From assembly GCF_009914755.1 (NCBI RefSeq), contig NC_060932.1: 64,000 bases of DNA, one strand, 5' to 3'. The notes beneath the pieces were generated by a model, which saw nothing but the letters and a program-made list of their open reading frames with translations, did no database searches and was not told the DNA's origin. A program made the position numbers and the translations under genes. The DNA is from the human T2T-CHM13v2.0 reference genome, Homo sapiens. Positions 1 to 12,450 of the stretch are shown in pieces. The number at the start of each line of letters is the position of its first letter. The stretch's first letter is position 1.

Positions 1-556
1 ACCTCCCAATTTAAGTAAGTGAATTGGAGGTCTGGATTTCTGTATGAGTCTCCAGGCTGTTTGCATAGGGCAAGTCTTGCCTCAACACTGTCATCCAGTC
101 TCATGTTCTGATAGAGTGAAGGCCCTGAGTTCCAAGGACCACCCGCCCCTGCTCATACAATTAATGCAACCCTGCAACCCTGCAAAAGAGGCTTCTTGGC
201 AGTGAGCCAATTGGCCTTCCTTCTGCTTCATAGCATGCTCCATTGACCTGCACCAGTGCTCCAACGCTCGGCAGAAATAAGGATGGCAGACACTTTGTTT
301 TCTGCTGTATGATTCCACGTGAGACTAACTGCTTTTATATTAGGTTCTTTCAAAAAGGCAAGAAACAACTATCAGATAGTAATTTTCCACCTTTTTCTGA
401 ACTCCCAGTTGTCAAGTGACGAAGACTTCCACAGACTAGCAGTAGAATCAAATGTAAAAAAAACAAAACAACATTATGGAAAAAGCTTTAAAAATGGCAC
501 TTGGATAGAGACGAAGTTTGGGTTTACTTTAATCTATAGGGATGCTGGAATTCTCC

Positions 557-919
557 TGATTTGGTTTGGCCATGTCCCCACCCAACTCTCATCTTGAACT
601 GTAGCTCCCACAATTCCCATGTGTCATGGGAGAGACCTGGTGGGAGGTAATTGAATCATGGGGGCGAGTCTTTCCTGTGCTGTTCTTGTGATAGTGAATA
701 AGTCTCAAGAGATCTGATGGTTTTACAATGGGGAGTTTCCCTGCACAAACTCTCTTCTGCCACCATGAAAGTCAGGCTTTTGTTCTTCCCTCACCTTCTG
801 CCATGATTGTGAGGCCTCCCCAGACACGTGGAACTGTGAGTTCATTAAACCTCTTTTTCTTTGTAAATTACCCAGTATCAGGCATGTCCTTTTCAGCAGC
901 ATGAAAAGGGACTAATACA
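557..919 (+). mobile_element. THE1B-type MaLR solo LTR
   Basis: Starts TGATTTGGTTTGGCCATGTCCCCACCCAA and ends GGACTAATACA; ~363 bp, colinear with the THE1B consensus. Flanks TCTCC/TCTAT are at best a degraded 5-bp TSD. Confidence 0.9.
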
Positions 920-1819
920 TCTATGCACTTTTAATTTTCTGTAAACATAGTCAACCCAGAGAAAAACATTTCTGGTTAAGCACCTGGCTTTGCTCCCAGA
1001 AGTGTTCCTAGTATTCTAGAAATTAACTTTAGCCACAGCAGGCTTAAGACAGGTGCAGGGGTTGAGTTTGGGAAGCAAGAAGACCTGGCTCATAGTAGCC
1101 TTGGGAAGTGCAGCTTGACCTCTGGTCATCCTGGAGAGGATGAAATTATGTCTGCATTTCAAGGCTTCAAATCCTAACAATGCTGGGAAACTGGGAAGTT
1201 TCCAGGAGAAACAGCCTGCCTCTTTCTTCCTTTCCTAGGTAATTACAAGAAGTGTAAGTTATCCAGCCATTCTCTGGTCTTTTGTTTTTATATTAATTTC
1301 TGTTTGAAAATGTTTTCACTTCAAATAGTAATATGATGATGGCCATTGATCTTTAACAATTCTTGGAAATGCAGGCAGGTCAGGTGGTTTTCTAACGAGG
1401 ACATAAAAGCTTAGCAGAAGGTGTTGGACTTTACCAAGGGTACTATAACTCAGTTTTTCTGAGTCGAACTTCGGTGTTTTTTTTTTTTTTTTTTTTTCAG
1501 TGTCTGGAGAATCACCATTTTACACAATACTGCACCAATTCTGTTGAGGCCATCAACTTTTAAACTTGATTCATAGGTCTGTCATGACTTTGACCTCAAT
1601 ATTATATAAACGTTCCAGTAATTTCAGAAACAATTATTGACTAGTCCATAAACAGCCTGTACTAGACACTTTTCTGGGATTAAAAAATAGGTCTCAGTTT
1701 CCGTTGTTAAGAAATGGGCAATTTGCAGTTTAAAAGAAAATATTTAGGTGAAACTCCCAGGAAACAGAGGTAAAACTGAGAAAGTAGGTCTCATAGCATG
1801 TGTCAAATGGAGAACTAAG

Positions 1820-1965
1820 TACTTTATATATGCCATCTGATGTAATCCTTGCAACAACCCTCCCAGGCCACTGTGATTATTCACCTGACAGTGGAAGAAA
1901 CTATTGAGTAACTTGCCCTAATGATAGAGCTGAGATTCAACCCCACTTCAACCAGAGGTCAAAGT
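1820..1965 (-). mobile_element. MIR fragment
   Basis: AATCCTTGCAACAACCC...GAAGAAACT...AGTAACTTGCCC...GAGATTCAACCC is the antisense MIR core. Confidence 0.6.
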
Positions 1966-2599
1966 TCTGGAGAGTGTCACTGTGCTATTCTGACTCACCA
2001 AACACACACAGAAGCCCATTGTGCTGGGGACTGAACACTTAAATGTCCAGAAAAATGTGGAAGTTGGGCATTCTTAGGGAAGTGCAGGTCCGGAGGAGTG
2101 AGCTGTTGAGTTAGATCTTGAAAGCAATGGTGGGCATGGATTGGTGAAGATTGGGTGGTGGTGAGAAGGTCAAGGATGGATGGGAAAAGCATGAGGAATT
2201 ATGGAAGAGTAGGTTGGTACTGTGTAATGCAGTTGTTCTCAGAGGTCAGATGGCTTATCTGGTGGAGATCTATAGGGATAGCACAGTGGTGAGCTCTTGA
2301 AGCTGGATTTATAACTGTGCTCTTTGTTCTGAAGGAGAATGTGTTGCTTTTGCCAAATGCCCTCATTTCCTGAGATCAGGTACTTCCTGGGGTAGATGAA
2401 AAGCAAGGTTTTGCAAGATCTATGGGAGGACAGTGAAGGGGCTCACCTGAGTAAGGAAGAGTGGGCTGAACCATGCCTTTTCTTGAGAATTGTGAAGGCA
2501 AGTTTAAAGGGCCTCTTGAGGGTGTTACACACACTTGTTTCACAACACAAAGCTTTGTACACATTCTTGAAAGAGTGATTCAAATTTTGTACCTTTCAG

Positions 2600-2730
2600 A
2601 ATCATGGCCCACAGATATATTTTATTTGATTGGCATATTTTGAGGAACTGGGAAATTTCATCTAAAAATTAATTGTTTAGTTTCTCTTGGAAAAAAAATC
2701 AGATGCTTGTCAACACTGAGTCCATATTCA
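2600..2730. mobile_element. old hAT-type DNA transposon fragment (MER102-like)
   Basis: TTTCTCTTGGAAAAAAAATCAGATGCTTGTCAACACTG resembles the recalled MER102 motif. Confidence 0.35.
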
Positions 2731-2744
2731 CTTATAATAATTGC

Positions 2745-2930
2745 TATATGTATGCAGTGCCTACTATGTTCCAGGCACTGTTTTGATGATATTAGTTTTC
2801 TTAAAAATTACATATGGTAGTATTGATGGTTGTCCCCATTTTTCAGATTGGAAAACTGAGGCAGAGGGAGCAGACTAACTCAACTGCAGTGATCAAGCTA
2901 GGATTTGAACCCAGGTAGTGTGGCTCTAAC
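2745..2930 (-). mobile_element. MIR
   Basis: GTGCCTACTATGTTCCAGGCACTG...CCCATTTTTCAGATTGGAAAACTGAGGC...GGATTTGAACCCAGG. Confidence 0.8.
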
Positions 2931-3194
2931 GTCCGAGCATTCATCAAGAATTGTACTACATTTCATGCCAGCTTGCGCTAGAGCTAATCTGCTCTTTTGT
3001 ATGTGGCCAATTTTAAAACTGGCCTTTAAATTAGCCACAGATTGTTTGCTGCTCCTCCATAAAGAGGTGGAGGTCCATGTTCCCTCCTGTTCAGAAAAGA
3101 AGGTCTAAGGAGAAACCTTAGTGGTACTACTATAAAGGTATCTTAGAGATGCTCCAAGAAGGTCAGAGAGAAAACCAAGTGGCATTCAGTTTAT

Positions 3195-3320
3195 ATGTTC
3201 ATCCATTCAGGCATTCAATTAGTCATTCAACAAGCATTAAGCATTTGTTCAGGCAAAGACACTGGGCTGGGCCCTCGTTAATATATAGGTGCATAGGATA
3301 CAGTCCTTCCCCTCCAAAAG
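3195..3320 (-). mobile_element. L2 3' end
   Basis: TTCATCCATTCAGGCATTCAATTAGTCATTCAACAAGCATT matches the antisense (TGAA)n L2 tail. Confidence 0.6.
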
Positions 3321-3459
3321 TGCTCCTGAGGGACCACCATGGAACTTCTTCTGCCTTTGAAAGCTATTGCTATAGAGGAGTAAAGAACTACTTCTCTACT
3401 ATTACCGCTACTGGTAGGACAATTACTACTATTAACAATAATAACATATAATAGCTATA

Positions 3460-3680
3460 AACATAATTGTACAGCCCTTTACAGTTTATAAAATATTTTT
3501 ACAATATACACTCTCATTTGATCTCCACAATAACTCTTCTGAGTAGAAAGGACAAATCTTTCCTCATTCACAGATGAAGAAGTAGAAGATGAGAGAATTT
3601 AAGCCCAAAGTCTTAAATTCCAGTGCCAAAGTGTGACACTAACAGGTGGTGGAGCTGGAGCTGGTTTCCTGACCTCCACT
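3460..3680 (-). mobile_element. MIR (MIRb/MIR3-like)
   Basis: TTTACAGTTTATAAA...TCTCATTTGATCTCCACAATAAC...TTACAGATGAAGAA. Confidence 0.65.
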
Positions 3681-4334
3681 TTCTCTACTACATCCTCAGT
3701 ATTTTGGAGCTGCAGTTGCTGCTAGAAGGTGATTCCCATCTTGTGAACTAAGCATGGCCCCACGCTTGGGAGACCTTATTTCCTGGAGGACTTTGGCCCG
3801 CTCAACCATTCCCAAAGGGATTCAATTCTGACATGGCATGACGGTAGAATGGTAGGACTTATTGGGCTTTCTGTGTAGTCCTCACTAAAGAGCAAGCATT
3901 TCTCTCCAGGATATGTTGTGCTGTTGGAGATGCAGGACCTTTGGGTGAGGACTCGTGGCAGCTTAGAGAGGCCTAGAGCCACATAACTGATCCTCTCACC
4001 TCATGGATGAGCCAAAGCTTTGGAAAAGAGGAGCTACGATGTTTTGTGCTGTTGCTTAGAGATCCCAGATTGGTGTGTCTAAATCTGCCCCCTCAATTCC
4101 CTCCCTGACCCATTTAGGACAGGGCATTTGGAGCCAGGACTCTCAGGCCAAGATGACAACTGAATGGCCAATGTCAGAAACCAGAAATGCAGCAGGAGTC
4201 TCTATGTGAGGCTGCCCAGAGCACAGAAACCCAGAGTCCTTGAGGAAATGGCAAGATTCAAATACGGGAAAAACATAAATCAAACACATTCCATAAAAAA
4301 AGAAATAAAACTGATAATAAATTTTCAGAAAGGT

Positions 4335-5000
4335 TCTCAGCTTCATTTGTAATAAAAATTAAAACAATGAAAACATTATTTTTCATCTCTTAGGTTGGCA
4401 ACCATTTAAGAAATTTGAAAACATCCAATCTTAAAGATAGAGTGGGGAGACAGAACTCCAATTCCCTATCAGTGGACTGCACACTTCTTTTGGAGAGCTT
4501 TATAGCAACATCTATGATGAACATACACTTTGACCCAGCTACTCTATTTTGGGGAATTTTTCTGACAGATGTACTCATACAAGTGCACAAAGATACTGTG
4601 CAAGGAAGTACATTGTAACAATTTTTTAATAATAGTAAGAGTATGGAAACAATTATGATGCATATGGTATTCCCTAATACCAGGGGAACATTTTCTAAAA
4701 TGTCCAAATGATATTGAGCAAAAAAAGCAAAAAGTAGAATAGCACATATGCTAGGAACTTTTTTGGTATAAAACAACAAAAAGACATATCTTACTCAAAG
4801 GAATTTTCCTCTCTCTCTCTCTCTCTCCATGTCTCTGTGTGATTCTTCATGGATGAAACATATCTGAAAGGATACATGTGCAAGAGTTAACAGTGGTTGC
4901 CAATGGGAGTGAGAGTGGGAAGACCAGTGTAGGAAGGGGTTTTAGTTTTTACTTTATTGACTTATACCCAACTTGAATATTTTTAACAGTTAATGTTTAT
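4335..5000 (+). mobile_element. old L1ME 3' end
   Basis: AAATTAAAACAATG...TTGGCAA...CTTTGACCCAGC...TTAACAGTGGTTGCC are ORF2-end/3'UTR motifs of L1ME families. Confidence 0.7.
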
Positions 5001-5063
5001 TTTTTATAGTTCAAATAATATTTTAAATAAACTACTAAAGGGGTAAAATAAACAAGAAAAGCT

Positions 5064-5700
<637 letters not shown>

Positions 5701-5944
5701 TATCCTACCTTGTCTCTCTAGGTAAGATAAAGACCCCTAAGTCCAGAATTGAGCTGAGGATTGACCTGGAACTGACAAGTAAGAGCCAGGAAATTGCTGT
5801 AACAGCCTTGGAGGTTTCTGTGCTCATATTTACCAGCCGCTGAGTACCTCATGGTATATAAGTTAAACTGCCTCAAAAAGCCAGAGAGATAATATTTCTT
5901 CCCACATGGGTTTGCCTAATTTGATTATTGTATCAAATTAGAGT

Positions 5945-6448
5945 TAGAGTTAGGTGGAGCCATATAATAGGAACCCTCTGCAAATTGCTTAAATAAGATA
6001 AAGGTTTATCTTTATGTTTTTGCCCATATAAAAGAAATCTAGAGTAGTCCAGAGCTAACTTGTGGCTGTATGAAATCAGACCAACTTTCCTTCCAGCTCT
6101 CCATCCACCATCCCTTGCATCCGTCCTTCATATTCACGGTCACAATGGCTATTGGGAGCTTCAGCCACAGCATCCATACTCCAGGAAGAATGGGGCAAAA
6201 AGAGAGGAAAGAGGGGCTGCATACCAGATATCTAAATATGCTTCTTGAAAGCTGCTAAACAGAAGTTTCCCTTAAATGTCATTGTTTAGAACTTAATCAT
6301 TTGCTCACAGCTAAGGAATCTCACAGGTAAGGATGCTGGGAAAGTATATTTCAGACAGTCACTTGCCTGGGTAACAATGTAAGCTTCTATTACTAAAAAA
6401 AAGGGGGGAGAAGGGATTTTAGAGTAGGCAACTAGCAGTTCTGTCAGA
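5945..6448 (-). mobile_element. MLT1J/K-like MaLR LTR
   Basis: Ends GTAGGCAACTAGCAGTTCTGTCA (antisense MLT1J start); internal CACAATGGCT...CCACAGCATCC motifs. Confidence 0.6.
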
Positions 6449-7253
6449 AATGACCCATTCCTGGATGTTAAGACAGCGTTCTCATCCCACAGATTTGAAA
6501 GACAGAATACTATTCTGCTTATGACTTTGATCTAAGTAGCTGACAAAGGGTGCTTTGAGGACACTGGGCACCTAAGGGTGCAGAGTGGGTAGGCAGATAT
6601 TGAGCAGGCATAGGGACTCTAGGCAAGGATGGAAAGTGCTGAGAAAATAAGTTCCACTCCCTCCACAATTTTTACAAGGGTCAAACTTGAGCTTTGACAA
6701 TTTTACTTTATTAGAGCCTTTCCTACAAGAGGGCTTCCGTGCCACAGTTTCTACAAGGGCTTTTAACTTCTCATCTTTGGGAAACTAAGGAATGTTCTCA
6801 TGTTCACTGCACTTCCATATGGTATGAAACTGAAGGGTCATTTTCTGAAGTCATCATTTTACTTATTGGTTTTCTCATCTGTACCTATAAAGGAATGGCT
6901 TTCTTAGAGGGATGTGCTGGAGAATAGTGAGGGGAAAACCAAACGGAAACCAAACAAAGTTCAAGGCTGAAAGAACAAGAGGTAAAGTTTTCCCAAATAT
7001 TTCAGATTAATGGCAGGGCAGACCTACTGTAATGAGTTCTAATTGGCACCCCCATAAGCTATAACATTCTTACTTTGAGCTAAGTGCAGTCTAGGAAGAC
7101 AAATTATTTTCTACCTTAGAAGACATCGAAGAAAATCCAGTAACTTATACTTTAGTAAAAACAAAGACAACAAAGATCTCAACCGTCACAATTGAGGAGA
7201 AAAACTGCAGGAAAGAATCAGATACTTGGGCATAAAATGACTCAAGGCAAAGA

Positions 7254-7597
7254 CAGAGAATCACTGGCTCATGGGCCAAATCTGACCTGCTACCTGTTGG
7301 TATATAGCCTGCTTTTGTACAGTTGAGAATGGCTTTTACCTTTTTAAATAGTTGGAAAAAGTCAGAAGAAGAAGATTTCAGGAAGACACTGGAAAATAAT
7401 AGGAAATTCAAATTGAAATTATCTGTAAATAAAGTATTATTGGAACACAGCAATACTTATTGATTTATGTATAGTTTATGGCTATTTCCACACCACAGCA
7501 TCAGAATTATGAGTAGTTGCAGCAAAGACCGCATAACCTACAGAGCCCCAAATATTTATTATCTGACCTTTTATAGAAAAAGTTTGCCAGATCCTGA
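7254..7597 (+). mobile_element. MER58B (hAT-Charlie MITE)
   Basis: GGGCCAAATCTGACCTG...AAATAAAGTATTATTGGAACACAGC...AATATTTATTATCTGACCTTTTATAGAAAAAGTTTGCCAGATCCTG. Confidence 0.85.
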
Positions 7598-7689
7598 TTT
7601 TAAGCACCAAAAAAATGCATGCCTCCATCGTCATCACTTAAAAGTTGTGTGACTCGAAAAATAATTTTTAAGTCTTCATTTTCCCATTG

Positions 7690-7810
7690 TTCTGATGCAA
7701 GTAAGAACGTATTTTACAGACTGTTGTGAGGATTCATTGAGCTAGGTTATGTAAAGTGACGTACCATGCATCCTGGAACATGGTAATTGGTCAATAAATG
7801 GCAGTTGCTG
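7690..7810 (+). mobile_element. MIR 3' part
   Basis: TGTTGTGAGGATTCATTGAG...CCTGGAACATGGTAA...CAATAAATGGCAG. Confidence 0.7.
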
Positions 7811-7867
7811 TTTACTATTTTGGTGGCTAACTTTTAATTATCACTGAACACTCAGCTTGCTGCTTGT

Positions 7868-8028
7868 GCATTCCCTGACCTCCCCAAGCTGGATCAGGTG
7901 ACTTTCTCCTGTGCTTGCACAGTGCCCATGCTTATTTCAATCATTACTCACCACATTATGTTGTAATTATATATTCATGTGTCTGGCCCCTACTGCGAAC
8001 CATGAGTTTCTTGAGGGAGGAGACCATA
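7868..8028 (+). mobile_element. L2 fragment
   Basis: TTCCCTGACCTCCCCAAG...TGAGTTTCTTGAGGGAGGAGACCAT. Confidence 0.65.
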
Positions 8029-8759
8029 TGGCTGTCGCAGTGAACATGATGTAGCAGGGCTGGAGTTTTAGGGGGTCCCACAGGTTGAGGATGTTGCTTC
8101 CTAATGTTGAACTCCGGAATTAGATACAACTTCCCACTCAGTCACAGGTACTACTGGGGCAAGACAGGCCTCCCCCAACAGCAGAGCTTGCCCCGTAGCT
8201 GTTAAGGAATAGAATAGGCTTGTGCCTTCTCCCAGACTGCTCAGTTAGACACATCACTTCTTTCCTGGGGAGGAGGTTGCAGGGTGGGGAAGGCGGCCAG
8301 GAGGGTGACTTTAGTGTTTCTAGTGGGAAACATGAAATAGTGGAGAATAGTGCTCCCTCTTAGCAAGTAGTCACTCCTTATATAAAAACCAAATGAATGA
8401 CTCTTATGGGGTATGTTTCAACATTATCTTACTGTCTTTTCACTGTGCCTTAGAATTTGCCATCATTGCCATGTGAAAATCAGTGGTACCTTTAGGCTGT
8501 CTCCTAGCTATATGGTTCTATGGGAAATACTGGGAAAGGCTTCATGTCATTCTATATTATCCCGATATTTATCTTTTCAAAGGCCAGAGCTTTGCTTAAC
8601 ATAAATGAATATATGTCACACATACACACACAGACATATTTTAAAAGACACTTCCTTCTGTACTGCATATATTTTTCTTCTTTTACTTTTTTTCTTAAAA
8701 TTTTTTTACTCTCATGATATCTTTTTAAAAGGCAAATAAAGGGAATTTTCTAGATTCTT

Positions 8760-9200
8760 GTGTTCATTCCTCTTCAGTTCACTTCAACAAATCTTGATTG
8801 GAAACTCTACTGCTGTGTAAGTGCTGGGTCCTGACCAGACCACATAGAGTTAAGAGCAGAAAGTCTTTCCTTTCCATGGATGCTCCCTGCCCATGCAAGT
8901 GTCAGTGAAGAACAATAAAAGAAGAAAAGAGATAGAAGTTCTGATTAAAGGGATGGAATGCTCCTTCCTTTAATCAGAAGGAAAGATTAAATTTAGGGAC
9001 ATTCAGAAAATTTTTCCCACTCCAAGTGATGTCTGAGCAGGGTTTCAAAAGTAAATGGAGTAATAATCGTGGGGCAAGACAGGGAAGGGCATTTATTACA
9101 AAAGTCAGATTGCCGATGACATGGAAGCAAGAAGCAGCCAGGTGAGTTCTGGGTGTTCCAGATAACTTGTCCTGGCTGGCAGTAGACTCTAAGGGGTATG
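8760..9200 (-). mobile_element. L2 fragment
   Basis: TTCATTCC...TTCAACAAATC...GTGATGTCTGAGCAGGGTTTCAAAAG. Confidence 0.5.
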
Positions 9201-9957
9201 CTGTTAGAGGATGCAGGATAGACAGGTGGGGCCTGTGTGCCATTTCAGTGTAACCCACATCCTTCCAGGCCTCATCCCAAACAAGCATAAAAACAGTTAC
9301 ATTGTAATTAAAACCCACATTTCCTGGTCATGACACCCCTTTGCAATTCTGTGGTACCTCAGGTCTGTGCTCCAAGTGACATAGTCTAAGACTCCCCACA
9401 ATGTCTCACAAGAGATGAACCTGTCACGTTCTGCCTCTCCATCTTCTATGTCTATGTGCACTCATCATGATAATGCTGCTTCCTTGCTCGCCTAACATCT
9501 TGGGGCATCCCTGAAGCTATGCAGTACCCATTGACAACATACTCCTCACTGTCCTCAGGCCACAGCATGTCCCTTGAAGAAATGGAAAGACTGCCTATTT
9601 TCCTAACCCAGGAACATCATTTCTCTAGTGGGCACCAAACTGGTTGTGCCTGAGGTTTAACAAAAATCTGATAAAACTTCTTTAATTTTCATTTATAGCC
9701 CCCTTTTTCTTTGTGCTCAGGCCAAGGGCCTGGTGTTGGATTGGATTTCCGAAAGCTCATTGTCCCTTCCGTTGTCTTCTTCCCTGGACACACCCTCTTG
9801 TATATATTTTTCCTTAAATATCCCTGACTCCCAAAGAGAATAAATTCATGTTATTTGAGTTATGTGTCCAGGTGAGAGTTCAATCTAAATAAGTAGATTA
9901 GATTCTGGAGAGAACATGTAGCTACAGTAGAGAAAAAAGTAGTGAATAAAATCTTGG

Positions 9958-10345
9958 TGTTATGGACTGGATTGTGTCCTCTGCAAATGCGTATAACGAA
10001 GCCTTAATGCTCAGCACCTCAGCATCTGACTATATTTGGAGCTAGGGTCTTTAAAGTGTAAGTAAGTGAAAATGATGCCATTAGGGTGATCTGTAACCCA
10101 ATATGACTGATGTCCTTAATGGAAGAGGAAGAGTTGCCAAGGATGTGCAAGCACAGAGAGAAGGCCATGTGAGGACACTGCAAGAAGGCAGCCACCTGCA
10201 AGCTGAAGAGAGAACCTTTGGGAGAAACCAAACCGAATTTTGGAAACCTTGCCCTTGGACTTCCAGTCTCCAGAATTGTGAGACAGTAAATTTCTATGCT
10301 TGAAGCCACCCAGTCTGTGGTATTTTGTTATGGTAGCCTTGGCAT
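9958..10345 (+). mobile_element. MLT1B-type MaLR solo LTR
   Basis: TGTTATGGACTGGATTGTGTCC...CCAATATGACTG...GAAGCCACCCAGTCTGTGGTATTTTGTTATGGTAGCC. Confidence 0.85.
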
Positions 10346-10959
10346 GTATATGGAGAACACCAATGATAAAGAAATGGATGTTGAGGGGGACAGAGGGTGG
10401 GGTGAGGGCAGAGCCTCCTTCACCCTGACTCATATTTCCACACTGAGGGACTTGCAGGACTTCTGTTGGAGTAACAAGCCTGACCTCTCATTGCCCTGTC
10501 AATTAGAGGGCAGAGGAGTTGCTTATCAGTTTGGTGCCTTTGAAAGGAGGAACTGTCCTTTCAAAGCTGGGAAGGCTCAATCCTTTCTTCCCCATCCCAT
10601 TTGGCATCTGCCTCCCTATAAAGAGCTCTTTGAGAAGCAATTAAAAATTTTCTGCCCCCATAAGGAGGCCTATGAGGGTTTACCACTGCCTGCAACTCAG
10701 TAAACATGTCTACTCTTGAGTTTCAGTTTTAGGAAATTCATTATCGTTGCACAACTAAACCACATCTCCAATATAGCTTTCATCAGTAAATATAGCTTAC
10801 ATTTTTATCTCCACTTGCCTGACTTTCCTGTCTGTCTTCCAGTTGCAAGAAAAGAAGGTATTATTTATTGGGCCCCCACAAACCCACAACAGGAGGAAAC
10901 ACAGTTTCCAAAGGATACTTAGAGTTTGCATCCATAAAAATAGGAAGCAAGCCAGGAGA

Positions 10960-11390
10960 GCATGTATTAAAGTCACTAGGAGTGATAGCCTCAGCAGTGG
11001 TCAACAGCACTTCATCTTGGCAAAGAGGTCAAGGAAGATAAAGACTGAAAAAGTGCTCCCTGGACTTAGCAACTAGGAGAGTATTGGTTACCTAGGCAAC
11101 AGCCACTTCAGGGTTTTGTGGGTAGGGTGGGAAATGCCACAATGCAGTGTGCTGAAGAGGGAAGAGAGATGGGAGACTTTGATTGCTCTTAAAAGAATCT
11201 TGAGGGGGGAAAGAGGAGTAACTGGATAATAGAGGGAACTTGAATTTGAAGGATTAATTGTTGTTTATTTTAGTGTAAAAGTCCCAAGCTTGCTTACATA
11301 TGGAGGGAAGAGAGTGACGCGAGAGACAAGTTGGAGATACAACATAGAGAATACCGTTGATGGATGGGGATTCCAGAAGAAGCAAGATGG
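10960..11390 (-). mobile_element. L2 internal fragment
   Basis: AGAGGTCAAGGAAGATAAAGACTGAAAAAGTG...GGACTTAGCAACTAGGAG is typical antisense L2. Confidence 0.6.
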
Positions 11391-11394
11391 ATCC

Positions 11395-11741
11395 TATGGC
11401 AAATTGCATTATTATGCAAAATTAAGAGGATTATATATCTCCATCCCATTGACTTTGGGCTTGGCCATTTGACATGCTTTACTCAGAAGAATATGAGTGG
11501 ACTTGACATACATCATCAGTTCTCTTATTCTTCCCTTTTACTGTGAAGATGATGTGTTCTACCTGGGGTCTGCTTTCTCTGCCTGCATCCTGGAATGAGA
11601 AGACTTGTGCAGTAGAACTGTAATCTAGAGGAAGTCATAGCTGTCCCACCGATGACACACATACAACAAAGAAGTACAACTTTAAAATTGTAGGTCACGA
11701 AGATTTTGGGGTTTGACATTATAGGAAAACTAACTAATACA
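11395..11741 (+). mobile_element. MLT1I/J-like LTR
   Basis: CCCATTGACTTTGGGCTTGGCCATTTGAC...GGAATGAGAAGAC...AACTAACTAATACA terminus. Confidence 0.65.
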
Positions 11742-12354
11742 GATCCCAAACAGAGAAGAGCTTGCTTTCACAAACGGGGAATCAGAACCAGAGGAAAGGT
11801 TTAAAACAAACAAAAAAAGAACAAAAAGGGAGGAAACATTTCTTATATGGAAGAGGGATTGAAGGAGGGAAGGATAGTAATGAGTGCAGATCATTTTTTA
11901 GTGGGTAAGGCAAAAATTGAGTCCTGTCAATCTGAGGACATGTTGAAGGCATCAGAGCCTCACTCACACTCTCTCTTATCTTTTCATTTATTTTTCTCTA
12001 CATGGAAGCTGATTTTGCAGGGGCTTTTGGCCTAGCAGTCATTTGCAGACTCTTTTCATATTAAAATTGGAAGGAGATTTACCAGTTTTGCCAACAAAGT
12101 TCCTCATGCAAAAATGGAAAGACAAGAGGCCCACAAACTTTTTGCTTGTTGAAGACGTTTGAAATGTCTGAGATTGCATCTTGCTAGTCTGACACGTGCA
12201 CCACTGAAGGTTCAGACCGTAACAACAAGGTCTATTTCTTTTATATTGAGATAGTTGCCACATTGATAGACCAAATTAGGTGGGCATCCTGAGAAAATGA
12301 TGGAGATAGCTTAAATTTGATATGCCTTAGGAAAGGTGGGTCAATATAAATCTC

Positions 12355-12450
12355 ATTGAATATTCATTCACTCATTCAATTATTCATTTATACAATCTGT
12401 GTTTGTTGAGCCAAGTACTACACTAGCTATTGGAGATAGGGTAAAAAAAC
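12355..12450 (-). mobile_element. L2 3' end
   Basis: TTCATTCACTCATTCAATTATTCATT...GTTGAGCCAAGTACT. Confidence 0.55.

Noticed and set aside
1-30. Small imperfect hairpin ACCTCCCAATT...AATTGGAGGT
   Set aside because: Short, at the window edge, and probably chance or MIR-derived.
10296-10703. 135-aa ORF; also the 146-aa ORF at 14282 and 129-aa ORF at 4390
   Set aside because: They start in or span MLT1, MER33/L2 or L1ME repeats and show no recognisable domain or exon structure.
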